In this document: positions 17,587 through 26,237 of the stretch, in pieces | Position numbering within the stretch: the stretch's first letter is position 1 | Layout of the letters: each line of letters opens with the position of its first letter | DNA from: an uncultured Sphingomonadaceae bacterium | GTDB lineage: Bacteria; Pseudomonadota; Alphaproteobacteria; Sphingomonadales; Sphingomonadaceae | NCBI GenBank assembly: GCA_964635065.1 | Contig: CAZWMK010000002.1 | Coordinates: 1,048-65,047 of the forward strand | Reading direction: 5' to 3' | Length of the DNA stretch: 64,000 nucleotides | The notes under the pieces: model-generated | What the model was told of the DNA's origin: nothing | The model's input: the letters and a program-made list of their open reading frames with translations, nothing else | Databases searched by the model: none | Program-made: the position numbers and the translations under genes

Positions 17587-18791
17587 TCGGGATCACCATC
17601 AATCTCGCCCTGCGTGAAATCATGCGCCACAAGCTGCGCGCTTTTTTGACGACGCTTGGCATCATCATCGGTGTTTCTGCGGTTGTCACCATGGTCACGC
17701 TGGGAAGAGGAGCGACGGCTGCAGTCAGTCAGCAAATCAGCGCGCTTGGCTCGAACATCCTGCAACTGCGGCCCGGTCAGGGATATGGCCGTGGCGGTGG
17801 CGGGCCGCGTCCGCCCGACTTCAAGGCGCAGGATGTCGCGGCCATTGCGCGACAGATTGCCGGGATCAGGGCCGTTGCGCCGCAAGCGCAGACAAGCGGC
17901 ATAGCCGTCTATGGCGGCAACAACTGGAGCACGACGATCAACGGCACGACCTCTGCCTATTTCGAGGCCCAGAAATGGGAACTGCAAAGCGGCCGCCTGT
18001 TCATGGCGGAAGAGGAACAGGCCGGAAAGGCCGTGTGCATCATCGGGCAGACGCTGCGCGCAAACCTGTTTAAACAGGCCGACCCCATCGGCAGGCAGTT
18101 TCGCATCAAGGATGTCAGCTGCCAGGTGATCGGCCTGCTGTCTGCGCGCGGGCAGGCGGGGTTTGGCGCCAACCAGGATGATGTCGTGATCATGCCGATC
18201 AAGCTGGTGCAGCGCCGCTTTACCGGCAACCGCGACATCAGCATGATCATGGTCGCGGTCGACGATGCTTATGATACGCAGGGCGTGCAGGCGTCGATCG
18301 AGGATCTGATGCGCGAACGGCGCCGGATCAAGCCGGGCAGCGAGGACAATTTCAATATCTTCGATACACGGCAGGTCATGGATACGCTGACCGGTACAAC
18401 GACGATCCTGACACAGATCGTGTCCGCCGTGGCAGCCATTTCCCTGCTTGTTGGCGGCATCGGTATCATGAACATCATGCTTGTCTCGGTGACGGAACGC
18501 ACCCGCGAAATCGGTATCCGCCTTGCCATCGGCGCGGTGGCGCACGAAGTCTTGCTGCAATTTCTGGTGGAAGCCGTCGTATTGTCCTGCCTTGGCGGCT
18601 TGGCCGGGCTGGTGCTGGCCTTCGCGGCTTCCGCGCTCATCGCTCCGATGATGCAGGTGCCCTTCATCTTCGACCCGCAGATCAACCTTCTGGCTTTTCT
18701 GTTTTCGGCGGCGATCGGCGTTCTGTTCGGCTATTTCCCGGCCCGCCGTGCCGCCGCGCTCAACCCGATCGATGCCTTGCGTCACGAATGA
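17583..18791 (+). CDS. ABC transporter permease (MacB_PCD + FtsX domains)
   Basis: ATGA overlap with the ATPase gene. 'LREIMRHKLRAFLTTLGIIIGVSAVV' and the C-terminal FtsX region 'ERTREIGIRLAIGA' and 'FGYFPARRAAALNPIDALRHE'. Confidence 0.92.
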   Translation: MIGITINLALREIMRHKLRAFLTTLGIIIGVSAVVTMVTLGRGATAAVSQQISALGSNILQLRPGQGYGRGGGGPRPPDFKAQDVAAIARQIAGIRAVAPQAQTSGIAVYGGNNWSTTINGTTSAYFEAQKWELQSGRLFMAEEEQAGKAVCIIGQTLRANLFKQADPIGRQFRIKDVSCQVIGLLSARGQAGFGANQDDVVIMPIKLVQRRFTGNRDISMIMVAVDDAYDTQGVQASIEDLMRERRRIKPGSEDNFNIFDTRQVMDTLTGTTTILTQIVSAVAAISLLVGGIGIMNIMLVSVTERTREIGIRLAIGAVAHEVLLQFLVEAVVLSCLGGLAGLVLAFAASALIAPMMQVPFIFDPQINLLAFLFSAAIGVLFGYFPARRAAALNPIDALRHE

Positions 18792-18820
18792 AAGCAGCTG
18801 TGCCGTGAACGTCAGTGCCT

Positions 18821-18930
18821 TTAGGCAAAGGCGGATCGGACCAGGTTGCTGCCTGCCGGACGTTGATAGAGGTTCAAGCCGAATGCCGGCATGATGGCGA
18901 TCAGGTGATCGAAGATATCGGCCTGGATCG
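18821..18930 (-). pseudogene. 3'-terminal 36 codons of a second ybdG-type mscS gene
   Basis: The reverse complement matches 10283-10389 with 4 mismatches in about 108 nt ('QADIFDHLIAIMPAFGLNLYQRPAGSNLVRSAFA*'). The rest of the gene is missing. Confidence 0.7.
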
Positions 18931-19030
18931 TGCTGAAGCGAAGCTGACCCTTTGCAACCTGGCCTGCAACTTCAACAGGCTGATCTTCCATGAGCGTCGC
19001 GAAAGCATGGGATGAATCTGCCTTGAACCG
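18931..19030 (+). mobile_element. IS5-family element remnant (terminal approx. 100 bp)
   Basis: Encodes 'RAEAKLTLCNLACNFNRLIFHERRESMG*'. About 97% identical to the inverted copy at 10433-10524. Terminus CCTTGAACC, reading GGTTCAAGGCAGATTCATCC inward. Confidence 0.7.
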
Positions 19031-19060
19031 CCTCGGGATTGCAGGAGGCCATTCGCTTTA

Positions 19061-19802
19061 AATTATGTGGCCATTGGTGCCAACATCATGGCGGCTCTAC
19101 TGGGCACCATCACGCCGTTCTGCTCCTGCTCGTCCATTCCCTTGTTCATCGGCTTCACCAGCGCTGGCTTGCCGATCGGGGTGACTGGTGGACCTCGCCT
19201 CCATCATCCTGCTGGCCAGCGTGTTCAACTGGGCGATCGCGCTGGCTTATGTCGCAGTCGGCCTTGTGCTCGCTGTGCTGGGAGGCACGCTGATCAGCCG
19301 GATGAAAATGGAGCACCATGTCGAGGCATTCGTGTTCAACAGCCCGGTCATGGAGAGCGAGGATGGCCATCTGACCCGGCGCCAGCGCTGCGACTTCGCC
19401 TGGGATCAGGTTGCCGAAATTTTTGCCAAGGTCTGGTTCTATGTGCTCATCGGCGTCGGCATCGGGGCTGCCATTCACAACTGGGTGCCCGAAGCCTTCA
19501 TTGCCGCACTGCTGGGGCAGGACAAATGGTGGTCGGTCCTCGTCGCGACGTTGGTCGGGATCCCGATATACGCCGATATCTTCGGCACCCTTCCCATTGC
19601 AGAAGCACTGGTCGGCAAAGGCGTGGGCATCGGCACCGCCCTGGCGTTCATGACAGCGGTGACCGCCCTGTCCCTGCCCTCCATGATCATGCTCAAACGC
19701 GTCATAAAATTGCCGCTGCTGCTGCTCGTCGCAGGAATCGTTGCCGTCGGCATCATCCTGATCGGCTATCTGTTCAACGCTTTTGGCACCATGTTCCATT
19801 GA
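19061..19802 (+). pseudogene. ArsP/DUF318-type permease (CxC 'TPFCSCS' family), 5'-truncated with an internal deletion/frameshift at about 19187
   Basis: '[37 protein letters not shown]' in one frame is joined after one stray nt to '[13 protein letters not shown]...[32 protein letters not shown]' in another. The expected N-terminal roughly 60 aa are absent at the IS scar. Confidence 0.7.
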
Positions 19803-19815
19803 ATTGGAAAGGCAT

Positions 19816-20052
19816 ATGATCATCAAGATCCTTGGTTCAGGTTGCAAGAAGTGCATCGCTCTGGGCGAAAATGCGAAGGCGGCTGCCGATGCCGCCGGAA
19901 TCCCGGCGGACATTGTGAAGGTCACCGACGATGCGCAGATCGCGGCCTACGGTGTGATGTCGACGCCTGCCCTCGTGATTGACGAAAAGGTTGTTTCGGC
20001 CGGCAAGGTGCTGACCGTGCCGGAAGTGGCCGAAAAGCTCGAAGCCGCCTGA
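19816..20052 (+). CDS. Thioredoxin-like redox-active disulfide protein 2 (Thioredoxin_3 family)
   Basis: '[21 protein letters not shown]', '[16 protein letters not shown]' and 'GKV'. This family is the usual partner of the upstream permease family. Confidence 0.8.
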   Translation: MIIKILGSGCKKCIALGENAKAAADAAGIPADIVKVTDDAQIAAYGVMSTPALVIDEKVVSAGKVLTVPEVAEKLEAA

Positions 20053-20114
20053 CGCAGGACTGCCAAAACACAGATGTTGTCGCGCGCAGGGCGCGTCGAT
20101 GGCGGCGCCGGGAA

Positions 20115-20136
20115 AACCTGTCGTTAATGACAGGTT
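20115..20136. promoter_or_regulatory. Perfect palindrome AACCTGTC-N6-GACAGGTT upstream of the 20.2-25.1 kb operon (candidate operator)
   Basis: 8-bp perfect arms with the 6-nt AT-rich spacer GTTAAT, 66 nt upstream of the first start codon and not followed by a U-tract. Confidence 0.3.
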
Positions 20137-20201
20137 GTTATACAGTTGTGCAACAAGGAGCAATGTCCTAGCCTTCCTCCAAATATAAATGGAGGGGATG
20201 G

Positions 20202-20744
20202 ATGCAGTCCAAAGAGGACAAGCTTGACGCACTGATCAGTCGTCAGGAAATCTATGAGGTGCTCACCCGTTATTGCCGCGGCGTCGATCGCTGCGATGTG
20301 GACCTCATACGCTCTGTATATCACGAAGACGCGATGGATGATCACGGCATGTTCAAGGGCCGCGGAGTCGATTTCGCGCCGTGGATCGTGGCGTGGGAAC
20401 GTGAAAACCTGAAGCAGGGCCAGCATTTCATCGGCAATTTCCGCTGCGACCTGCAAGGCGACATCGCCTATACGGAAACATACTGCATTTCCTTCAGCGA
20501 AGCCAAGGATGGCCGGAATGCGACCGTTTACAATCGTTACGTAGACCGGTTCGAGCGCCGTAACGGCGAATGGAAAATCGCTGACCGTGTCGTCGTCATC
20601 GATCTCAGCCGCCTCGATGAACCGGGGCCGCCCTTCGGCGAAGTGCCGGGATGGGAATTCACGTTCGGGCAGCGCGACCACAGCGATGCATCCTATCGCC
20701 GCCCGTCAGTCAGGCAGGAAACAGAAGAAGGAGCCGTCGCATGA
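20202..20744 (+). CDS. NTF2-like / SnoaL_4-family protein
   Basis: 'LISRQEIYEVLTRYCRGVDRCDVDLIRSVYHEDAMDDHG' and 'RYVDRFERRNGEWKIADRVVV'. Paralogous to the genes at 55897 and 56481. Confidence 0.8.
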   Translation: MQSKEDKLDALISRQEIYEVLTRYCRGVDRCDVDLIRSVYHEDAMDDHGMFKGRGVDFAPWIVAWERENLKQGQHFIGNFRCDLQGDIAYTETYCISFSEAKDGRNATVYNRYVDRFERRNGEWKIADRVVVIDLSRLDEPGPPFGEVPGWEFTFGQRDHSDASYRRPSVRQETEEGAVA

Positions 20745-21568
20745 CACAGGGCACATTTCACGGCCTGACCGCCGTGGTCACGGGGGCGGCACGCGGTCAG
20801 GGGCGCGAAATGGCGCTCCAGTTCGCACAGCAGGGCGCCAACATCGCCATCTGCGATCTCGGTCGTCCCAATCTGGCGACGGTTGATTATCCGCTGGCGA
20901 CATCCCAGGAATTGGAGGCGGTCGCCGATGCGGTTCGCGGACATGGCGTCAAGGTCGTTACCCGCAGTTGCGATATCCGGGATCAGGCGCAGGTGGATGC
21001 CTTCATCGCGGCAGCAGCGGACGCTTTTGGCCGCATCGACATTCTTGTGAACAATGCAGGCATTCTGTCCGGCAACAAGCCGGTGCACGAAATGTCGGAC
21101 GAGCAGTTCGTGACGATGATCGACGTCAACCTGACCGGCGTCTGGCGCGTCACCCGGTCTGCCGTACCGCATCTGATCAAGGCCGGTGGCGGCCGGATCA
21201 TCAATGTGGCGTCTGCCGCCGGGCTGGTCGGCGCGCCGGGCTTTGGTCATTACTGCGCTGCAAAGCATGGTGTCATCGGCCTGACCAAGACGATGGCCGC
21301 TGAACTTGCACCCTATCATATCACGGTCAATGCCATCTGCCCCGGCCTGGTTGACACGCGTATGGTCGAACATTCGGCGGAGCAGCTCGCAGGGCAGCTC
21401 GGGATCAGTGAGGATGCAGCTTACGAAGCCTTCCTCTCGGTTCATCTCATCAAGGAACGCATCACGCCCGGACAGACAGCCGCCGCCGTGCTCTATCTTG
21501 CCAGCGAAGCTGCACGGACCGTGACGGGCGCCTGCCTGCCTGTCGATGCGGGCTGGACTGCCACCTGA
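20741..21568 (+). CDS. SDR-family oxidoreductase (carveol-dehydrogenase-like subgroup)
   Basis: 'AVVTGAARGQGREMALQFAQQGANIAICDL', 'NNAG' and 'YCAAKHG'. ATGA overlap with the upstream gene. Confidence 0.9.
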   Translation: MTQGTFHGLTAVVTGAARGQGREMALQFAQQGANIAICDLGRPNLATVDYPLATSQELEAVADAVRGHGVKVVTRSCDIRDQAQVDAFIAAAADAFGRIDILVNNAGILSGNKPVHEMSDEQFVTMIDVNLTGVWRVTRSAVPHLIKAGGGRIINVASAAGLVGAPGFGHYCAAKHGVIGLTKTMAAELAPYHITVNAICPGLVDTRMVEHSAEQLAGQLGISEDAAYEAFLSVHLIKERITPGQTAAAVLYLASEAARTVTGACLPVDAGWTAT

Positions 21569-21587
21569 AGCAACAAGGACAAACAAG

Positions 21588-22379
21588 ATGGAAAGAACGG
21601 ATAATCGGCTTGCGGGCACGGTCGCGCTCGTCACGGGCGCCGCCGGGGGCATTGGCTCGGCCATCTGCAAGGCGCTGGCAGAGGCGGGGGCAGAGGTCAT
21701 TGCGACCGATCTGCCGTCCATCCCTGCCGCAAAACGTCCGGAGGGGCACTGGATCGACCTTGATGTGACGGATGAGGCCGCATGGGACAGGGCCGTAGCC
21801 GAGGTACAGGCGCGCCATGGCCGGCTCGACATTCTCGTCAACAATGCCGGAATTGATGTCATCGAGAAATTCGAGGACATGACGCTGCAAAGCTGGCGGC
21901 GGACGCAGGCGGTCAATGTCGATGGCGTATTTCTTGGCATGCGCAAGATGTTGCCCCTCTTGCGCGCGGGCGGCATCCGCCGCAGCGGCGGTGCGTCGGT
22001 GATCAATATGTCCTCGATCGCCGGGCTGGTGGGCGCGGACTTCAATGCAGCCTATTGCGCAAGCAAGGGTGCCGTGCGTCTGATGAGCAAGGCCGTTGCC
22101 ATCGAATTCAGCGCGCTTGGCTATAAGGTCAGGGTCAATTCCGTGCATCCGGGCGGCGTCGATACCCCGATGGTGGAGTCGATTTTCCAGAGCTACGTCG
22201 ACCTCGGCGTGATTGCTTCGGCGGATGCGGCCTATGACATGTCCGCAAGGGCACATGCGCTGGGCCGCATGGCCCGCCCCGGCGAAATTGCGGCAGCCGT
22301 GCGTTTTCTTGCATCAGACGAAGCAAGCTACATGCATGGCTCGGAGCTGGTGATCGACGGCGGTTACACCGCGCGCTGA
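21588..22379 (+). CDS. SDR-family oxidoreductase
   Basis: 'ALVTGAAGGIGSAICKALAEAGAEVIATDL', 'NNAGI', 'YCASKGAV' and 'VNSVHPGGVDTPM'. Confidence 0.9.
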   Translation: MERTDNRLAGTVALVTGAAGGIGSAICKALAEAGAEVIATDLPSIPAAKRPEGHWIDLDVTDEAAWDRAVAEVQARHGRLDILVNNAGIDVIEKFEDMTLQSWRRTQAVNVDGVFLGMRKMLPLLRAGGIRRSGGASVINMSSIAGLVGADFNAAYCASKGAVRLMSKAVAIEFSALGYKVRVNSVHPGGVDTPMVESIFQSYVDLGVIASADAAYDMSARAHALGRMARPGEIAAAVRFLASDEASYMHGSELVIDGGYTAR

Positions 22380-22415
22380 CGCCATAACACAACAATGCAT
22401 CGGGAGGATCTTATC

Positions 22416-22931
22416 ATGAACAACAACGACAGCCTCCGGCGTCTTGTCGCCAAATCGGACATCATCGAACTGACGCACAGGGTTGCGCGCGCCGTGGACC
22501 GGAATGACGTCGAATTATTCTGCGCCGGCTTCACCAACGGCGGCCACTTTGATGCCGGCATGGTGGCGGGTGCAATGCCGGAAGTGGGGCGCACCATGTT
22601 TGCCGCCATCGGCGACAGTCTGCGCAGAACCCAGCATGTGCTCAGCAATCACATTATCATGATCGACGGAGACACGGCCAAGGGCGAAATTTATGTAACA
22701 GGAACGGCCTTCTATGATCAGGACGGCGTCGAAACCGAACTGGTTTTCGGCGGCCGTTATCTTGACAACTATGTGCTTGAGGGCGACGCGTGGAAAATTT
22801 CGTATCGACGCATTGTCGTTGATTACGCGCGCATCCAGAAATCCACGCACACGAACGAAGGCATGTACGAAGCGACGAGTTACAAGGGTACGAAAAACAA
22901 AGAAGACCCGTCTTACAAGTACATATTCTGA
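22416..22931 (+). CDS. NTF2-like / SnoaL-family protein
   Basis: 'LVAKSDIIELTHRVARAVDRNDVELFCAGF' and 'GRYLDNYVLEGDAWKISYRRIV'. GGGAGGA SD precedes ATG 22416. Confidence 0.75.
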   Translation: MNNNDSLRRLVAKSDIIELTHRVARAVDRNDVELFCAGFTNGGHFDAGMVAGAMPEVGRTMFAAIGDSLRRTQHVLSNHIIMIDGDTAKGEIYVTGTAFYDQDGVETELVFGGRYLDNYVLEGDAWKISYRRIVVDYARIQKSTHTNEGMYEATSYKGTKNKEDPSYKYIF

Positions 22932-22999
22932 CCCGCATCGAGCGGGGGCAGAAAAGTACAGCCTGATTTTTCAAATCAAATGATAGAGATAAAAAACGC

Positions 23000-25105
23000 A
23001 TGATCCGACGCTCCCCTTTATCCCGTGCATGGCTCGTTATGCTCGTCGCCGGATCAGCCGCACTGAGCGGCTGCACCGGCACACGTTCCGACACACAGGA
23101 CTCTTCCGCCCTGCTGAGCGATGCGGATAATGGGGAAAACTGGCCGGCCTTCGGGCGCACCTATGATGAGCGGCATTACAGTCCGCTGTCGGAAATCAAC
23201 GAAAACACCGTGTCAGGCCTGAAACTCGCCTGGTTTCACGATCTGCCGGTCGGCAATGCGGTCAGCGGTCCACTCGCAGTCGACGGGATTCTCTATACCG
23301 CCACCGGTTACAGCGTGGTTCGCGCGTTCGAGGCAGCGACAGGCAAGCTGCTTTGGGAACATGACACACATGCCGCCGAAGCCGCCGGCAACAAGCTGCG
23401 TCAGGGCTGGGGTATTCGCGGGCTGGCCTATTGGGACGGCATGGTCTTCGTCGGCACGCACGATGGTCGCCTCGTCGCACTCGATACCAAGGACGGCAGC
23501 GAAGTATGGAGCCGGATGACGGTCGAGAAGGATGATGTCAGGTTCATCTCCGGTCCGCCGCGCGTTTTCAACGGCAAGGTCATCATCGGCCATGGTGGTG
23601 CCGATGTCGGGCCGGTTCGCGGCTATGTCACGACCTTCGACGCCAAGACCGGAAAACAGCTCTGGCGGTTCCACACCGTCCCCGGCAACCCGGCCGACGG
23701 TTTTGAAAATGATGCAATGAAAATGGCCGCCGAAACCTGGCATGGCGAATGGTGGAAGTATGGCGGCGGCGGCACAGTCTGGAATGCCATGACCTACGAC
23801 CCCGAAACCGACACGATCCTCATTGGGACCGGCAATGGCGCACCATGGAACCATCGCATCCGCAGCGAGGGCAAGGGCGACAATCTTTTCGTATGTTCCA
23901 TCGTCGCGCTGGATGCCAACACCGGTGAATATAAGTGGCATTATCAGACGAACCCCGGCGAAAGCTGGGATTACAATGCCGCAATGGACATGCAGCTTGC
24001 CGATCTGACCATTGATGGAAAGCCGAGGAAGGTCGTCATGACGGCACCGAAGAACGGCTTTTTCTACGTGATCGACCGCACGAACGGAAAACTGATTTCC
24101 GCCGAGAAAATTGCGAAGGTGACCTGGGCATCGCATGTCGACATCAAGACCGGACGGCCTGTCGAAAATCCCGGAATCCGTTATCCGAACGGGAAGGATT
24201 TCGAACTCTGGCCTGGTGCGAACGGGGCGCATAACTGGCTGCCGATGTCTTTCGATCCCGCGCGCAACGTCGCGTTTATCCCGGTCCTGAGCCAGCCTTC
24301 GAAATACAATGATCGGGGCATCGACCCCAAGACGTGGACATTCGTGCCGGGCAGCGCAAACGACGCCGCCGTGAACATCGACCTGACCTCCGATGATCCG
24401 GAAGCTGGCACCAGCGCACTCATGGCCTGGGATGTGCTGTCCCAAAAGCGGCTGTGGTCGGTGCCGACACCCGGTTTCTGGAACGGCGGCACCATGGCGA
24501 CCGCTGGCAATCTCGTCTTTCAGGGCCATGCCGATGGCACGTTCAATGCCTATTCGGTCAAGGACGGAAGCCGGCTCTGGTCGTTTGATGCGCAGACGGG
24601 CGTGCTGGCCCCGCCAATCACCTATTCGGTCGGTGGGCGGCAATATATAACCGTGCTGTCGGGCTTCGGCGGAAGCGGCGCCCTGTTCGGTGACGTGGTG
24701 GCCAAGTTCGGCTGGGACTCCCGGATGCAACCGCGCCGAATCCTCACTTTCGCACTCAATGGCACAGCGACCTTGCCGCCGCCACCGCCGAAATATACGC
24801 CAAAGCCGGTCGATGATCCCAGCTTCGTGCCGGACGCAAAACTCTATTCGGCTGGTCAGAAGGTCTATTACCAACGCTGCGTCGTGTGCCACGGCATCGA
24901 CCTGAAGGCAGCCGGCCTCGCGCCCGATCTGCGCGCATCACCCGTGCCGCCCAACGACGAAGCATTCGAGGCGGTGGTGCGCGGCGGTGCGCTGGTCACG
25001 CAAGGCATGCCGAGCTTCGCCGACGTGCCAGCCGATGAAATCGCGGCCGTACGCCACTTTATCCGTGCCAACGGTCGCGCCTTCGCACAGGCAAGCGCAA
25101 AATAA
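23000..25105 (+). CDS. PQQ-dependent dehydrogenase with C-terminal cytochrome c domain (quinohaemoprotein), lipoprotein signal
   Basis: Lipobox 'ALSGCTG'. Propeller motifs 'NWPAFGRTYDERHYSPL' and 'GGGTVWNAMTYDPETDTILIGTGN'. C-terminal 'CVVCHG'. There is no vicinal Cys-Cys pair. Confidence 0.9.
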   Translation: MIRRSPLSRAWLVMLVAGSAALSGCTGTRSDTQDSSALLSDADNGENWPAFGRTYDERHYSPLSEINENTVSGLKLAWFHDLPVGNAVSGPLAVDGILYTATGYSVVRAFEAATGKLLWEHDTHAAEAAGNKLRQGWGIRGLAYWDGMVFVGTHDGRLVALDTKDGSEVWSRMTVEKDDVRFISGPPRVFNGKVIIGHGGADVGPVRGYVTTFDAKTGKQLWRFHTVPGNPADGFENDAMKMAAETWHGEWWKYGGGGTVWNAMTYDPETDTILIGTGNGAPWNHRIRSEGKGDNLFVCSIVALDANTGEYKWHYQTNPGESWDYNAAMDMQLADLTIDGKPRKVVMTAPKNGFFYVIDRTNGKLISAEKIAKVTWASHVDIKTGRPVENPGIRYPNGKDFELWPGANGAHNWLPMSFDPARNVAFIPVLSQPSKYNDRGIDPKTWTFVPGSANDAAVNIDLTSDDPEAGTSALMAWDVLSQKRLWSVPTPGFWNGGTMATAGNLVFQGHADGTFNAYSVKDGSRLWSFDAQTGVLAPPITYSVGGRQYITVLSGFGGSGALFGDVVAKFGWDSRMQPRRILTFALNGTATLPPPPPKYTPKPVDDPSFVPDAKLYSAGQKVYYQRCVVCHGIDLKAAGLAPDLRASPVPPNDEAFEAVVRGGALVTQGMPSFADVPADEIAAVRHFIRANGRAFAQASAK

Positions 25106-25223
25106 CGGACGCAGTGCGGCATTCGGGCAAGGCGCGGTGCGCGATCACCGGGACCGGCAAGCAATGCGTGCCAGCCGGACGCCTGCCGCGCGAACGGGCC
25201 GCAGGCACAGGCGTTGTCAGGTT

Positions 25224-25252
25224 GACTGGCGCACGACAGATGTGCGCCAGTC
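25224..25252. terminator. Hairpin between the convergent PQQ-dehydrogenase and antiporter genes
   Basis: GACTGGCGCAC / GTGCGCCAGTC 11-bp perfect stem with a 7-nt loop, ending 1 nt from the antiporter stop codon. Confidence 0.4.
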
Positions 25253-25253
25253 C

Positions 25254-26237
25254 TCAGAAAGCGCCGACCGTGTAAGCCGTGTAGGCTGCATAGGATGTGA
25301 CGAGGACGAAGCCTTCTCTCCTGCTCAACCGGCCACCGGTGAAAGCGAAGAGCATGACAATCAGCGATGCGGCCACCAGAAACCAGAGGTCAAAGGCCAT
25401 CATGCTGGCAGGAACGGAGGTGGGCGCCGTTACACCCGTCACCCCGCCGATGAACAGGATGTTGTAGATGTTGGAGCCAAGGACGTTGCCAAGGGCAATG
25501 TCACCTTCCTTCCGGTAAGCCGCGACGGCAGATGTCATCAGTTCCGGGAATGAGGTGCCGACGGCCACGATCGTCAGCCCGATGACAGCATCGCTCACCC
25601 CGAGATCCGCCGCGATCTTCATGGCGCCATCCACCAGAAGGTTACCGCCGCCCACGATCAATGCGAGGCCAGCCAGGAACAGGAGAATGGCCATCGAGAG
25701 CCTTCCGCCGGGTTGTTCCTGCGGGATCAGGGCCGGATCGACTTCTTCCATCGCCACGGCGCGATCATAAGCGGCGCTGTGGGGCGCTCCCAATCGTTCC
25801 TGGCGATACGCATAATAAACATATCCCGCCATGGCGATCAGGAAGATAATGCCAGCCTCGCGCGAGAGGCCAACAGTCGCCGCAGCTGCAAGCAGCGCCA
25901 GAACGGCCAGAGTGCCAATGCCGCCATCACGCCAAAGCGTGCGTGTTTTTACCGCAATAGGCATGATCAGTGCAGCTATTCCGAGGATCAACAGAGCATT
26001 GGCAATGTTCGATCCGACAATGTTGCCGATGGCAATACCCGGTGACCCGGCAAGGCTAGCCTGCACACTGGCGGCAAGTTCAGGCATCGACGTGCCCATG
26101 CCCACCACTGTCAGGCCGATCAGCATCGGCGACAGGCTGAGCCTTTCGGCAATCCGAACAGCCCCGCGGACCAACAGGTCACCGCCTGCAATCAGCAGGA
26201 CAAGACCCAGCAACAGGAAGAACGCATCAGCAAGCAT
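25254..26237 (-). CDS. Ca2+/Na+ antiporter (CaCA / YrbG family)
   Basis: Two alpha-repeats, 'GLTVVGMGTSMPELAASV' and 'GLTIVAVGTSFPELMTS', each followed by 'GNIVGSNI/GNVLGSNI'. Confidence 0.9.
   Translation of the reverse strand: MLADAFFLLLGLVLLIAGGDLLVRGAVRIAERLSLSPMLIGLTVVGMGTSMPELAASVQASLAGSPGIAIGNIVGSNIANALLILGIAALIMPIAVKTRTLWRDGGIGTLAVLALLAAAATVGLSREAGIIFLIAMAGYVYYAYRQERLGAPHSAAYDRAVAMEEVDPALIPQEQPGGRLSMAILLFLAGLALIVGGGNLLVDGAMKIAADLGVSDAVIGLTIVAVGTSFPELMTSAVAAYRKEGDIALGNVLGSNIYNILFIGGVTGVTAPTSVPASMMAFDLWFLVAASLIVMLFAFTGGRLSRREGFVLVTSYAAYTAYTVGAF

Noticed and set aside
17535-18785. Long antisense ORFs opposite well-supported genes. Examples are 17535-18785(-), 20693-22045(-), 23213-24892(-), 32480-34054(-), 33835-35007(-), 36026-37102(-), 38441-39970(-), 41670-42728(+), 43398-44510(+), 47944-49710(-), 49635-51473(-) and 4383-5018(+).
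   Set aside because: These are typical high-GC shadow ORFs. They are Arg/Ala/Gly/Pro-rich, lack motifs, and fully overlap genes with strong family signatures on the other strand.
18815-19015. 66-aa ORF 'MPLGKGGSDQVAACRTLIEVQAECRHDGDQVIEDIGLDRAEAKLTLCNL...'
   Set aside because: It is a chimeric read-through. The first 38 codons are the antisense of the mscS 3' fragment and the rest is the IS5 transposase C-terminus. It is interpreted as a deletion junction, not a gene.
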